Positions 55,120 through 63,311 of a stretch of DNA of 64,000 nucleotides are shown piece by piece. The stretch's first letter is position 1, and each line of letters starts with the position of its first letter. This DNA is from a bacterium (GTDB lineage: Bacteria; UBP6; UBA1177): NCBI GenBank assembly GCA_016290135.1, contig JAEESW010000002.1, forward strand, positions 122,584 through 186,583, written 5' to 3'. Both the position numbers and the translations under genes were made by a program. The notes beneath the pieces were generated by a model, which did no database searches, was not told the origin of the DNA, and saw only the letters and a program-made list of their open reading frames with translations.

Positions 55120-55856
55120 TCTGCACGCTCTTTTTCATCTTCAATGAGATATTCTTTTCCGTTTTCTGTAAGATAGGCCCGAAGTTCTCTGAAATCTTCG
55201 AAACTCTTTCCCGTGTAGAAATCGACAAGAAGCCCGTCGGGAGAGAGTTCCAGCGACACCGGAACAACAAGGAGGAGCGCCGAAAACCAGACTAAACTTT
55301 TCCTCTTTTCGTTTTCACCCGAATAATCGACGGCATTCCCGAAAGTCATCTCTCCCAGACCTTCGACAGTCAGCGATGACCCGACAGAAAAGCTCCCTTT
55401 TACGACTTTGAGTTTCGTGAGTGAAAACTTTGTCTCAAAATTCTTGTTTTTCCATGTGTCTATCTTTTCTTTGTGGACCGACTTGTCAAGCAGGATCTGC
55501 CTGAATTTCGGAGTCAGCATATTGTAGGCTTCTTTAAGATCCTCGTCGATATTGGGGCTCACTCCGTCAAATTTGCCGATGAAATCAGAAATGAACCGAT
55601 GGACTCTTACCAGATTGGTAGAAGTCTCGAGCGTTTCAGGACCATGAAAGACGATCCTTTTTCCCTCTTTGTCGAATGCGATGACGGGAGTCGGCCTCAT
55701 TGCGGCAGACCATGCAAAAAGAAGCGCTGCCAAAGCGATGAAAAACATCATCAGGCAGAAGATCAGGGCGAGTATGCGGAAAGACCTCCGCATTCTTTCA
55801 ATATCGCGATACTTTATTGTATCGAAAAAATCTGAAGCGTCATTTTTTCTCATCAT
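55116..55856 (-). CDS. VirB8-like bitopic T4SS component (tentative)
   Basis: Short cytoplasmic N-terminus, one TM (ILALIFCLMMFFIALAALLFAW) and a roughly 190-aa periplasmic domain. Operon position. Confidence 0.4.
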   Translation of the reverse strand: MMRKNDASDFFDTIKYRDIERMRRSFRILALIFCLMMFFIALAALLFAWSAAMRPTPVIAFDKEGKRIVFHGPETLETSTNLVRVHRFISDFIGKFDGVSPNIDEDLKEAYNMLTPKFRQILLDKSVHKEKIDTWKNKNFETKFSLTKLKVVKGSFSVGSSLTVEGLGEMTFGNAVDYSGENEKRKSLVWFSALLLVVPVSLELSPDGLLVDFYTGKSFEDFRELRAYLTENGKEYLIEDEKERAE

Positions 55857-56743
55857 TTCATCCTGTAGCGGTCAATACGGGCCATTGCTATCGTTTTTAT
55901 ATTTGAAACTGTGCTTTTGAGCTGATCTGAACAAGCCGCCTTTGAGGCCCAAAAAGGGATCGAGACAATGCCCAGACCTGTAAAGACAAGGCCTGACAAT
56001 ACTGTGACAGTGTCTCTGTCCATTCTGAAACTGTACGGGCATGAGCATATTTCGGAAGCGAGTTTCATAACTTCGACCTGCGCCTTTCCTGTGATGAAAA
56101 TAAAGACAGCATAAAGCACGGGCCACAGAGCGAACTCCGCAATAGAGCGGAAAAAACTTCCGACCGAAGCGAAACCCTGATCCGGGAAAGCCGGAAAGAC
56201 CAGTGCAAAGCACAGTCCGACCATGTTCAGCGACATCAAAGTCCCCCAGCCGTAAAAAAAGACCACCTCTTTCGCGCTCCACACGAAAAGCATAAGAATA
56301 AAAACTGCAAGTTTGCAGAAATACTGGAAATAGAAAGAGGTTATGAGTGCCGTTCCCGCTTCTCCCAAAAGCGGATCCGAAAAGCGCGGGCACTGATCCG
56401 GGATATTTCCTGAAAGTCCATCAGTCATCGAGAGATTCGATGAATAGAGGGAAAACGCTTTGAAAAATTCCTCGTCAAGTTCGGCAACTGTCGGAAAATC
56501 GTATGTTACAAGCATTGTCTTTTCGATAAAACCGGGCAGATAAAGATAAAGCAGTATGATCACCGCCGCCTTCCAAGCAACTCCCAAAAAATCAGGTTTT
56601 TCCGATTTCTGGATTTTAAAGACTTCAGTTACGAAACTTATGGCAAGACCTACCGAGATGACAATGAAGACCACGCTCCAGAGCCAGCCTGCGCCAGCTG
56701 ACTCAAGCAGTGTCTTCGGGTTGTAACAGATGTTGAGATTCAT
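55853..56743 (-). CDS. VirB6/TrbL-like polytopic inner-membrane T4SS component (tentative)
   Basis: Five or more TM helices, about 296 aa, immediately downstream of the VirB4-like ATPase. Confidence 0.4.
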   Translation of the reverse strand: MNLNICYNPKTLLESAGAGWLWSVVFIVISVGLAISFVTEVFKIQKSEKPDFLGVAWKAAVIILLYLYLPGFIEKTMLVTYDFPTVAELDEEFFKAFSLYSSNLSMTDGLSGNIPDQCPRFSDPLLGEAGTALITSFYFQYFCKLAVFILMLFVWSAKEVVFFYGWGTLMSLNMVGLCFALVFPAFPDQGFASVGSFFRSIAEFALWPVLYAVFIFITGKAQVEVMKLASEICSCPYSFRMDRDTVTVLSGLVFTGLGIVSIPFWASKAACSDQLKSTVSNIKTIAMARIDRYRMK

Positions 56744-59085
56744 ATTTTGTCCCCTAAAAAATCTTTTATCGCATCCATAACGAAAAGATCCTTCCTGTAT
56801 GCAAGCATCGCCGCTTCGGCACAGGCGTCGATAAGATCCAGTCCGCGGATCCCGGCAAATCTCTCGAGCAGCCGGTTTTCCTCTTTGTCACTTGTAGCCA
56901 CCGCATAATCGAACGGCGAAAGTTCTATTCTGACGACTTCAGATTCGAGCTCGGCTCCTCTCTGCGTCCTGAAAAGGGCGGTCGAATACTCCCCTTTCAC
57001 TGTTCTCAGGCTTCCGAAAGCCTCCTTTTCAGCCTCACTCAGACCGAAATCTTCCGCGATCACCCTTTTTGCCTCCTCATCGTTCGCATGGCTCAAAAAT
57101 ATAGTTGTCGTCGTGTTGATCTTTATTTTGGAAGAGAGCGCCGCCTCTTTGAAACTGAGGAAATTCTGCGTGACAGTCCAGACTCCGGTGTTGTATTTTC
57201 TCGCCGTGGCAAAGAGTTCTTCGATAAGATCGGCAAGACGCGGATCTTTGATAAGCTGCGCCGCTTCGTCAAAAACTATGAAGCTGTTCGTTATTTCGAA
57301 AGCGCTCCGTTTCGCCTCCTGGATAACGATAAAGGTGAGAAGTTCCTTCAGTTTTTCACTGAGCCCGGATATTCCCTGCAGATCGTAGATGACAAAAGGC
57401 TGTTTCCCGTAATCGACTGTCGATCTTCCGTTGATCGTTTTTGACACCGGATCATCCAGAAAACCGCAGAGGAGCCTGCGGATGATCTCAGCTTTTTCCG
57501 TATCTTCGTCTTCGACAAAATCGGGCAGATCGCCGAGCACAGGCTCTTCTTTGGCCGCATACATGCTGCGTACCGCCTTTGAAACGATGTTCCTGAAAAG
57601 ATCGGCGTTCATGTTTTTTTCGCGGATCTCAAGAACGATGTCGAGAATAGTACCGATAAAATTGAGGGCGGAACTGTTCCACTCACCGTTGACACAGACT
57701 TCGCTGCGCTTTGGGAAAGGGTTTATAACGATTTTTCCGCTCGGATCTATCGGAATGAAAACGCCGCCGTAAAGTTTCACCATTTTCAGATAGCTTGAGT
57801 TTTCAGCCCCCGCAAAATCAACGATGAAGATGCGCCCCGGGAAGTTTTTGTCGGAATTTATGTTCGGAAAAAAGGTGTGTGCAATAAGAGTGTTCACAGT
57901 CACCGACTTTCCGCTTCCCGAGCAGCCGAAAACAGAGCCGTTCTTGTTGTTGCGTTTTGAAGAGCCGGCGTCGAAGCCGTATATTTCACCGAAACGGTTC
58001 CGCAAAAAAAGAGGAGATCTTCCGTCAAAATCCCCGTGTCCGTGTCTTGCAGCCGGGAACATATCGGTAAAATTGGCGCTGAGGGCTCTGATCTGACGCT
58101 CCGAAAGGCTCATCAAAGACGGAAGCGACTTAAAAAACTCGAGATCGTGTCCCCATGTCTCTTCTTCAAAAAAGAAACCTCCGTTTTTCATGAGGAGCGA
58201 TATCTCTTCAGCACGTTTTTCAAGAAGCAGAGGATCGCTTTCTGAAACAACGATCTTTGCAGAGAGGAAGCCGATCTTGTGTTTCGAAACGGTAAGGAGG
58301 TTCATCAGCTCGTCTGTTTCTTTCGCGTTTTTTGCTGCCCCCCTGCCGCTCGTCGCAATGTAAAAACGCTCTTTTGCCTCGAGGGAAAGGAGTTCTCTCG
58401 ACTGCGGAAGCACCGTGAACGAGACTGAATATGAAAAGTTTCCCGAAAAAGTGTCGATGATGCGCGGGATCATAAAAGGAAAAGTCTCTTTCGGCATGAA
58501 TTTGAGCGAAAGGACTTTGCAGAAAGTGCCGCCGACTTTGAAATATTCAGGAGTCGCCGAGCACTGTTTTTGAATGAGTTCCTCCCTGATGCTCATTTCG
58601 GGGTGGATCTTCATCTCTCCGCCGAATGAGACAAGTTCAAACAAAAGTTCCTTGATCTCTGAAGTATCCGACTGCCGCGCGTTCATCTCAAAACTTTGGA
58701 CAAGATTTTTGTGATAGTTCATATCGGGCGCATCCGCCGGGGCTCCGCTTTTCGGCATATCGCTTGAGACCACGAAAAAACTGCGGCTTTTTTTGACCCC
58801 TTTTCTCCGCAGGAATCCGAGCCTCTGCCTTATCACAGGCTCGCTTTCAGAAGAGCAGCGTTCTTCAACAAGTTCGTCTTTGCCGCGGATAACAGTAAAG
58901 AATTCGACTGTCGTTCCCTCCTTTACTTCACGCATGAAAAACGAGTTTGCCCGTTGAAGCGCCGGTGAAAGAAAGTAGCAGTCCGCCCCTTCGGTCTCCC
59001 AGACGGAAAAGCGCCGCATTGAAGAAGTGAGAATAAAGTTGTCTTCAACTGCGGCTATTTTCAGCATTTCAAAGATGCTCTTCAT
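56740..59085 (-). CDS. VirB4/TrbE/CagE-family T4SS ATPase
   Basis: 781 aa. Walker A GCSGSGKS and Walker B IVFDEAAQ in the C-terminal half. Family size and domain order as in VirB4. Confidence 0.65.
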   Translation of the reverse strand: MKSIFEMLKIAAVEDNFILTSSMRRFSVWETEGADCYFLSPALQRANSFFMREVKEGTTVEFFTVIRGKDELVEERCSSESEPVIRQRLGFLRRKGVKKSRSFFVVSSDMPKSGAPADAPDMNYHKNLVQSFEMNARQSDTSEIKELLFELVSFGGEMKIHPEMSIREELIQKQCSATPEYFKVGGTFCKVLSLKFMPKETFPFMIPRIIDTFSGNFSYSVSFTVLPQSRELLSLEAKERFYIATSGRGAAKNAKETDELMNLLTVSKHKIGFLSAKIVVSESDPLLLEKRAEEISLLMKNGGFFFEEETWGHDLEFFKSLPSLMSLSERQIRALSANFTDMFPAARHGHGDFDGRSPLFLRNRFGEIYGFDAGSSKRNNKNGSVFGCSGSGKSVTVNTLIAHTFFPNINSDKNFPGRIFIVDFAGAENSSYLKMVKLYGGVFIPIDPSGKIVINPFPKRSEVCVNGEWNSSALNFIGTILDIVLEIREKNMNADLFRNIVSKAVRSMYAAKEEPVLGDLPDFVEDEDTEKAEIIRRLLCGFLDDPVSKTINGRSTVDYGKQPFVIYDLQGISGLSEKLKELLTFIVIQEAKRSAFEITNSFIVFDEAAQLIKDPRLADLIEELFATARKYNTGVWTVTQNFLSFKEAALSSKIKINTTTTIFLSHANDEEAKRVIAEDFGLSEAEKEAFGSLRTVKGEYSTALFRTQRGAELESEVVRIELSPFDYAVATSDKEENRLLERFAGIRGLDLIDACAEAAMLAYRKDLFVMDAIKDFLGDKI

Positions 59086-59359
59086 TTTTTACTCCGATCA
59101 GATCCCTCTGCTGGCGGCAGTAGCGGATCTTTCCACCGCCGGACATTCTCAGAACAAAGATCCACCAATCCGGCGAACCCGAAAAAATTTTTTCACGGAT
59201 AAGAAAAGTCACCGTAAAGACCACAGCCGGGATAACAAGAAGAAGAAAGATGTCCTTCAAGACAGCACCTGAAAAAAAGAAGAGTGTCATGACCGCCGCC
59301 TGCCCTTTGTCGACAAAAGTCTGCTTTGTTCCCAAAACTGAAAAAACTTTCATATCCAA
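59069..59359 (-). CDS. VirB3-like small membrane protein (tentative)
   Basis: 96 aa, one or two TM helices. Overlaps the start of the VirB4-like gene, as VirB3-VirB4 pairs often do. Confidence 0.4.
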   Translation of the reverse strand: MDMKVFSVLGTKQTFVDKGQAAVMTLFFFSGAVLKDIFLLLVIPAVVFTVTFLIREKIFSGSPDWWIFVLRMSGGGKIRYCRQQRDLIGVKNEEHL

Positions 59360-59673
59360 CCGGCAATGATGCTCAGGATCGTTGAAAAGGCTGCAAGTCC
59401 CGCACCGGCTCCCAGGATCTTCAAGGCGTCCGACCAGATATTCTGATCTTTGTTGATATACCTGAAAAAAAGTGAAACTATCGCTCCTCCAAGCCCGCCG
59501 TAGATCCCGATGTATCTCGCGACATCAAAAACGGTGTCAGCCATCTCCTGGAATTTGGATTTTATCCCGCTCGTGTCGGCAGCCGCTAATACAAATTCAG
59601 GAAAAAGCAAAACAGAGACTGCAAAAACTAACAAAAAGTAAAGCTTAATCTTTCTCAATGCATCACCTCTCAA
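59350..59673 (-). CDS. VirB2/TrbC-like pilin (tentative)
   Basis: 107 aa. Signal-peptide-like N-terminus, then two hydrophobic segments with Gly-rich IYGGLGGAI and GAGAGLAAF. First gene of the operon. Confidence 0.4.
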   Translation of the reverse strand: MRGDALRKIKLYFLLVFAVSVLLFPEFVLAAADTSGIKSKFQEMADTVFDVARYIGIYGGLGGAIVSLFFRYINKDQNIWSDALKILGAGAGLAAFSTILSIIAGWI

Positions 59674-59843
59674 GTATCAAAATTAACAAATATGCAAATA
59701 AACATTTACTCAAAAAATACATTTTTTCAATTTTTTTATTCAATATTTAAAATAAAACATTGAAATCAAGCAAAATCGTTAAGATTTTAACAAAAATATA
59801 AGGTCAATAAAACAAAATAAACATTTCACACTCAACAATTTTA

Positions 59844-59873
59844 TTGACTTTAAATTTCGAAAACATATATTAT
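59844..59873 (+). promoter_or_regulatory. Sigma70-like promoter TTGACT-18-TATTAT within a roughly 80% AT, 255-bp divergent intergenic region
   Basis: Hexamers read directly upstream of the GTG start (GGAGG RBS) of the XRE/S24 repressor gene. Confidence 0.45.
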
Positions 59874-59928
59874 AAGTAGATTTTAGCGAACGCTCATTTC
59901 AAAAACAGGCGGGGATCGGAGGTACCTC

Positions 59929-60549
59929 GTGACAAATATTGCCGAAAGGATAAAAACTTTACGCCTTATGTTTCAGCTCAATCAAAAGGATATGGCTGAC
60001 GAAACAGGCTTTTCGCAGTCTTATATCTGCGGGATCGAAAAAGGGATAAAAACACCTAACGCAGACTTTCTTCTCGCCCTTTCAGTAAAATTCGGGCTGA
60101 GTTTTTCATGGCTCGTAAACGGCTTCGGACCGATGCTTTCAGAAAGCGGCAAAAAAAATGCGAAATATCTCATCAAGGAAAAAGCTCCGCTCTACCTCTC
60201 TTCTGCAACCGTCGGCAGCATCGTCAGCGGGATAGAAGAAGGAAAAATGTTTCTCTTTGAAGTCGGCTGCGACAATATGGAACCGACTTTCATGAAAGGG
60301 GATAAAATCGTGATAGATCCTACCGGCAAAGAACTGCAGGACCGCGGGACATACCTTTTTGACATAAATTCACGAAAAACGCTCAAACGCTGCTTTAAGA
60401 TCGGAGAACACACTTTCAAACTTACAAACGACAAGCCCGCCATAAAAAACAACGATCTCATTTTCGACAGTTCGATGGAATGTCTGGGGCGCGCCGTATG
60501 GATGATCCGTGAAATAGACAAAGGACACGCAAACATCTCCACGATTTGA
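59929..60549 (+). CDS. CI/LexA-like repressor: XRE-family HTH + S24 peptidase-like C-terminal domain
   Basis: HTH QKDMADETGFSQSYICGIEKG. C-terminal GDKIVID...RKTLKRCF segment like the S24 self-cleaving domain. Confidence 0.65.
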   Translation: MTNIAERIKTLRLMFQLNQKDMADETGFSQSYICGIEKGIKTPNADFLLALSVKFGLSFSWLVNGFGPMLSESGKKNAKYLIKEKAPLYLSSATVGSIVSGIEEGKMFLFEVGCDNMEPTFMKGDKIVIDPTGKELQDRGTYLFDINSRKTLKRCFKIGEHTFKLTNDKPAIKNNDLIFDSSMECLGRAVWMIREIDKGHANISTI

Positions 60550-60564
60550 AATAATCCGCAATTA

Positions 60565-61536
60565 GTGCATACTCTCACGATTTTTGCTGAGCTAATGAGA
60601 ACGGAATCTTTTATGCTTGCAGTCATCATAAATCCGAGATCGGGCAAAAAACACTTGAAGCGTCAGCGGCACTATCTTATGCTCCGGCTTGAAGAGCACT
60701 GTAGCGCTTTCACGACCAGAGATACCGAGTACAAAGGGCACGCCACGGAAATTGCGCGTGATTTTGTCGAATCGGGCTGCAACACGATCTTAGTCTGGGG
60801 CGGCGACGGAACCATAAGCGAAACTGTAAACGGCATCATGACGGCAGATATCCCCGAAGAGAAGAGGAAAAACATCCGGCTCGGGCTTATTCCGCGCGGA
60901 ACAGGCAACGATTTCGGACGTTTCTGGGGACTGACAAAAAATTACAGGAGATCGCTTGACATCTTTTTTGACGGCAGGGCTCAGCCTTTGGATGTGGGAA
61001 GACTTACATATTTCGAAAACGGCATTGAAAAGCACAGATATTTCATAAATTCTATCGGATACGGCGTCGATCCTTTGACTTGTGTCTATGCCGATAAGCT
61101 GAAACCCTTCATCGGCTCGCACCATCTCAACTATCTTTTCGGTCTTATCGCAGCAGTTTTCAGGCAGAGACCTATCCCTGTCACGCTGAAAGTTGACGGA
61201 ACAGAGTGTTTCAAAGCGGGACTTTTCACGATGAATGTCGGAAACGGACCATACTCAGGCGGCGGGATCAGACAAAACCCAGATGCAGACCCGCGGGACG
61301 GCATTTTCAACGCGATGTTCGTCGAAAAACCGACGCTCGGACAGCTTTTCAAGGCGCTTCCCAATCTGTTTAACGGTCATCTCACCGACGTACCCGTCAT
61401 CCACACGATAAAAGGCAGCGAAATAGAGATCGAGACTGAAGAAAGCATTGTCGTCGAGACTGACGGGATCTTAATGAATTACAAGGGGAACGGACGCCTG
61501 AACTGCATCCATAACGCGATAAAATTTATTATTTGA
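60565..61536 (+). CDS. Lipid kinase, diacylglycerol-kinase catalytic-domain family (YegS/BmrU-like)
   Basis: AVIINPRSGKK and GGDGT motifs of DAGK_cat. An alternative ATG lies at 60613. Confidence 0.65.
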   Translation: MHTLTIFAELMRTESFMLAVIINPRSGKKHLKRQRHYLMLRLEEHCSAFTTRDTEYKGHATEIARDFVESGCNTILVWGGDGTISETVNGIMTADIPEEKRKNIRLGLIPRGTGNDFGRFWGLTKNYRRSLDIFFDGRAQPLDVGRLTYFENGIEKHRYFINSIGYGVDPLTCVYADKLKPFIGSHHLNYLFGLIAAVFRQRPIPVTLKVDGTECFKAGLFTMNVGNGPYSGGGIRQNPDADPRDGIFNAMFVEKPTLGQLFKALPNLFNGHLTDVPVIHTIKGSEIEIETEESIVVETDGILMNYKGNGRLNCIHNAIKFII

Positions 61537-63088
61537 GAGCGCCGACAGCCTTTTCAGCCGTTTTTACGATCTCGTATTCTTTCTTGAGAACATTCATGAA
61601 CATCGGGTGAAGGAATGCGTCGTTTTCCATGAAGGGAACGTCCTTGCGGATGAGTTTGTAAACCGGTTCGATGCCTGCGCCTGCCTTCATCGGTTTTCTG
61701 AAATCGATCGCCTGCATTGCAGTGAGAAGCTCGATGCAGATGATCTTTACGGTATTTTCAACAACTGCCGTGCACTTTCTTGCAGCTGTAGTTCCCATGC
61801 TGACGTGGTCTTCTTTTCCTGCAGATGTCGGGATCGAATCTACTGTTGCGGGGAAAGACTGGGTCTTGTTCTCGCTTGCAAGGCTTGCTGCAGCGACGTG
61901 AGCGATCATGAAGCCGCTGTTGAGACCTTTGTTTTTAACCAAAAATGCAGGAGCCTGGTTGAAAACGGGGTTGATGAGCTGCTCGATCCTGCGCTCGGAG
62001 ATGCTTCCAAGCTCGGAGACAGCCGCAGTGAGGTAATCCATAACGAGTCCGATCGGCTCGCCGTGGAAGTTTCCAGCAGAGATCGTCTCTTTCTCGTCGG
62101 GGAAAATAAGCGGGTTGTCGGTGGAAGAATTGAGCTCTGTCGTGATGACTTTTTCAACATGGCGGAGTGCGTCTCTGACTGCGCCGTGGACCTGCGGAGC
62201 ACAGCGGAGGCTGTATGCGTCCTGGACTTTCGGGCAGTTGCGGTGGCTTTCGCGGATCTCAGATTTAGCAATAAGTTTGAGGACGTTTTCGGAAACTTCA
62301 GCCTGTCCGGGGTGAGCTCTGACGATGTTTACCTTCTGATCAAAAGCACGGTCTGTTCCCATGATGCCTTCGATAGTAGAGGTGAGCGCGATATCTGCAA
62401 GTTTGAGAAGGTTGTGGACTCTGTGGACTGCGAGAGCGCCGAGAGCCGTCATTACCTGCGTTCCGTTGATGAGAGCGAGACCTTCCTTAGCCTTGAGCGT
62501 GATGGGTTTTATCTTTTTAGCTTTGAAGACTTCTGCCGTATCGACCATTCTGCCGTCGTCGGTCATTACGAAGCCTTCTCCGCAGAGAACTATCGCGAGA
62601 TGAGCAAGAGGAGCAAGGTCGCCGCTTGCGCCGACACTTCCCTGCGACGGAATGAACGGGATTATGTCTTTATTGAGGAGTTCCAAAAGTTTGTCGAAAG
62701 TTTCAAGTGAGATTCCGCTGAAACCTTTTGCGAGGACGTTTGCGCGGAGCAGCATGATCGCTCTGACAGTCTCTTTGTTGAAAGGAGCGCCGACACCGAT
62801 CGCGTGGCTGCGGATAAGGTTGATCTGAAGCGTTTCAAGGTCTTTGTGCTCGACTTTGACATCGCTTAAGATTCCGAAACCGGTGTTGATACCGTAAACA
62901 GCCTTGTCCTTTTTGAGGATCGAATCAACGAACTTGCGGCATTTCGCCATTTTAGCACGCGTTTTTTCGTTGATAGCGACTTCAGCCTGACCTTTAGCAA
63001 CAAGAACGACATCATCGATCGTAAGGTTTTCACCGTTAAGAAAAACTTTTTTCATAATTTCCCCCAAAATTTCAAGTTTATAAAACAA
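61529..63088 (-). CDS. hutH: Histidine ammonia-lyase (MIO-dependent)
   Basis: MIO-forming ASG triplet in GASGDLAPLAH. The Ser-His selectivity pair (LIRSHAIGVG) fits a histidine-specific enzyme. Confidence 0.75.
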   Translation of the reverse strand: MFYKLEILGEIMKKVFLNGENLTIDDVVLVAKGQAEVAINEKTRAKMAKCRKFVDSILKKDKAVYGINTGFGILSDVKVEHKDLETLQINLIRSHAIGVGAPFNKETVRAIMLLRANVLAKGFSGISLETFDKLLELLNKDIIPFIPSQGSVGASGDLAPLAHLAIVLCGEGFVMTDDGRMVDTAEVFKAKKIKPITLKAKEGLALINGTQVMTALGALAVHRVHNLLKLADIALTSTIEGIMGTDRAFDQKVNIVRAHPGQAEVSENVLKLIAKSEIRESHRNCPKVQDAYSLRCAPQVHGAVRDALRHVEKVITTELNSSTDNPLIFPDEKETISAGNFHGEPIGLVMDYLTAAVSELGSISERRIEQLINPVFNQAPAFLVKNKGLNSGFMIAHVAAASLASENKTQSFPATVDSIPTSAGKEDHVSMGTTAARKCTAVVENTVKIICIELLTAMQAIDFRKPMKAGAGIEPVYKLIRKDVPFMENDAFLHPMFMNVLKKEYEIVKTAEKAVGALK

Positions 63089-63311
63089 AAAACGGACGCT
63101 TATAGCACAAAAAACTGAAAAAAGAATTTTAATCTCTAATAATGTTAGGGCGTGTGTGGACCTCTTGCACGTGCGACTTCCGCACCTGAAACGACCACTT
63201 CCGCACTTTGTTCAAGATTTTTCCGCGGATCCACGGCAATTAGCAAAAAAGGTTTATTTTTACGGATCAAAGAGTAGAATCTTTCCGTTGGTTTTTCAAA
63301 AGGAGGAATTT

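Larger units (their letters stand above)
47636..59673 (-). other. Translationally coupled T4SS-like operon: VirB2-B3-B4-B6-B8-B9-B10-like genes, then OM barrel and giant lipoprotein, with no VirB11/VirD4/relaxase
   Basis: Nine co-directional genes joined by 4-17-nt overlaps. The order matches the canonical VirB order. Confidence 0.55.

Noticed and set aside
61607-62710. 367-aa plus-strand ORF
   Set aside because: It is antisense to hutH, which has the ASG MIO motif. It is Cys/Asp-rich with no family resemblance.
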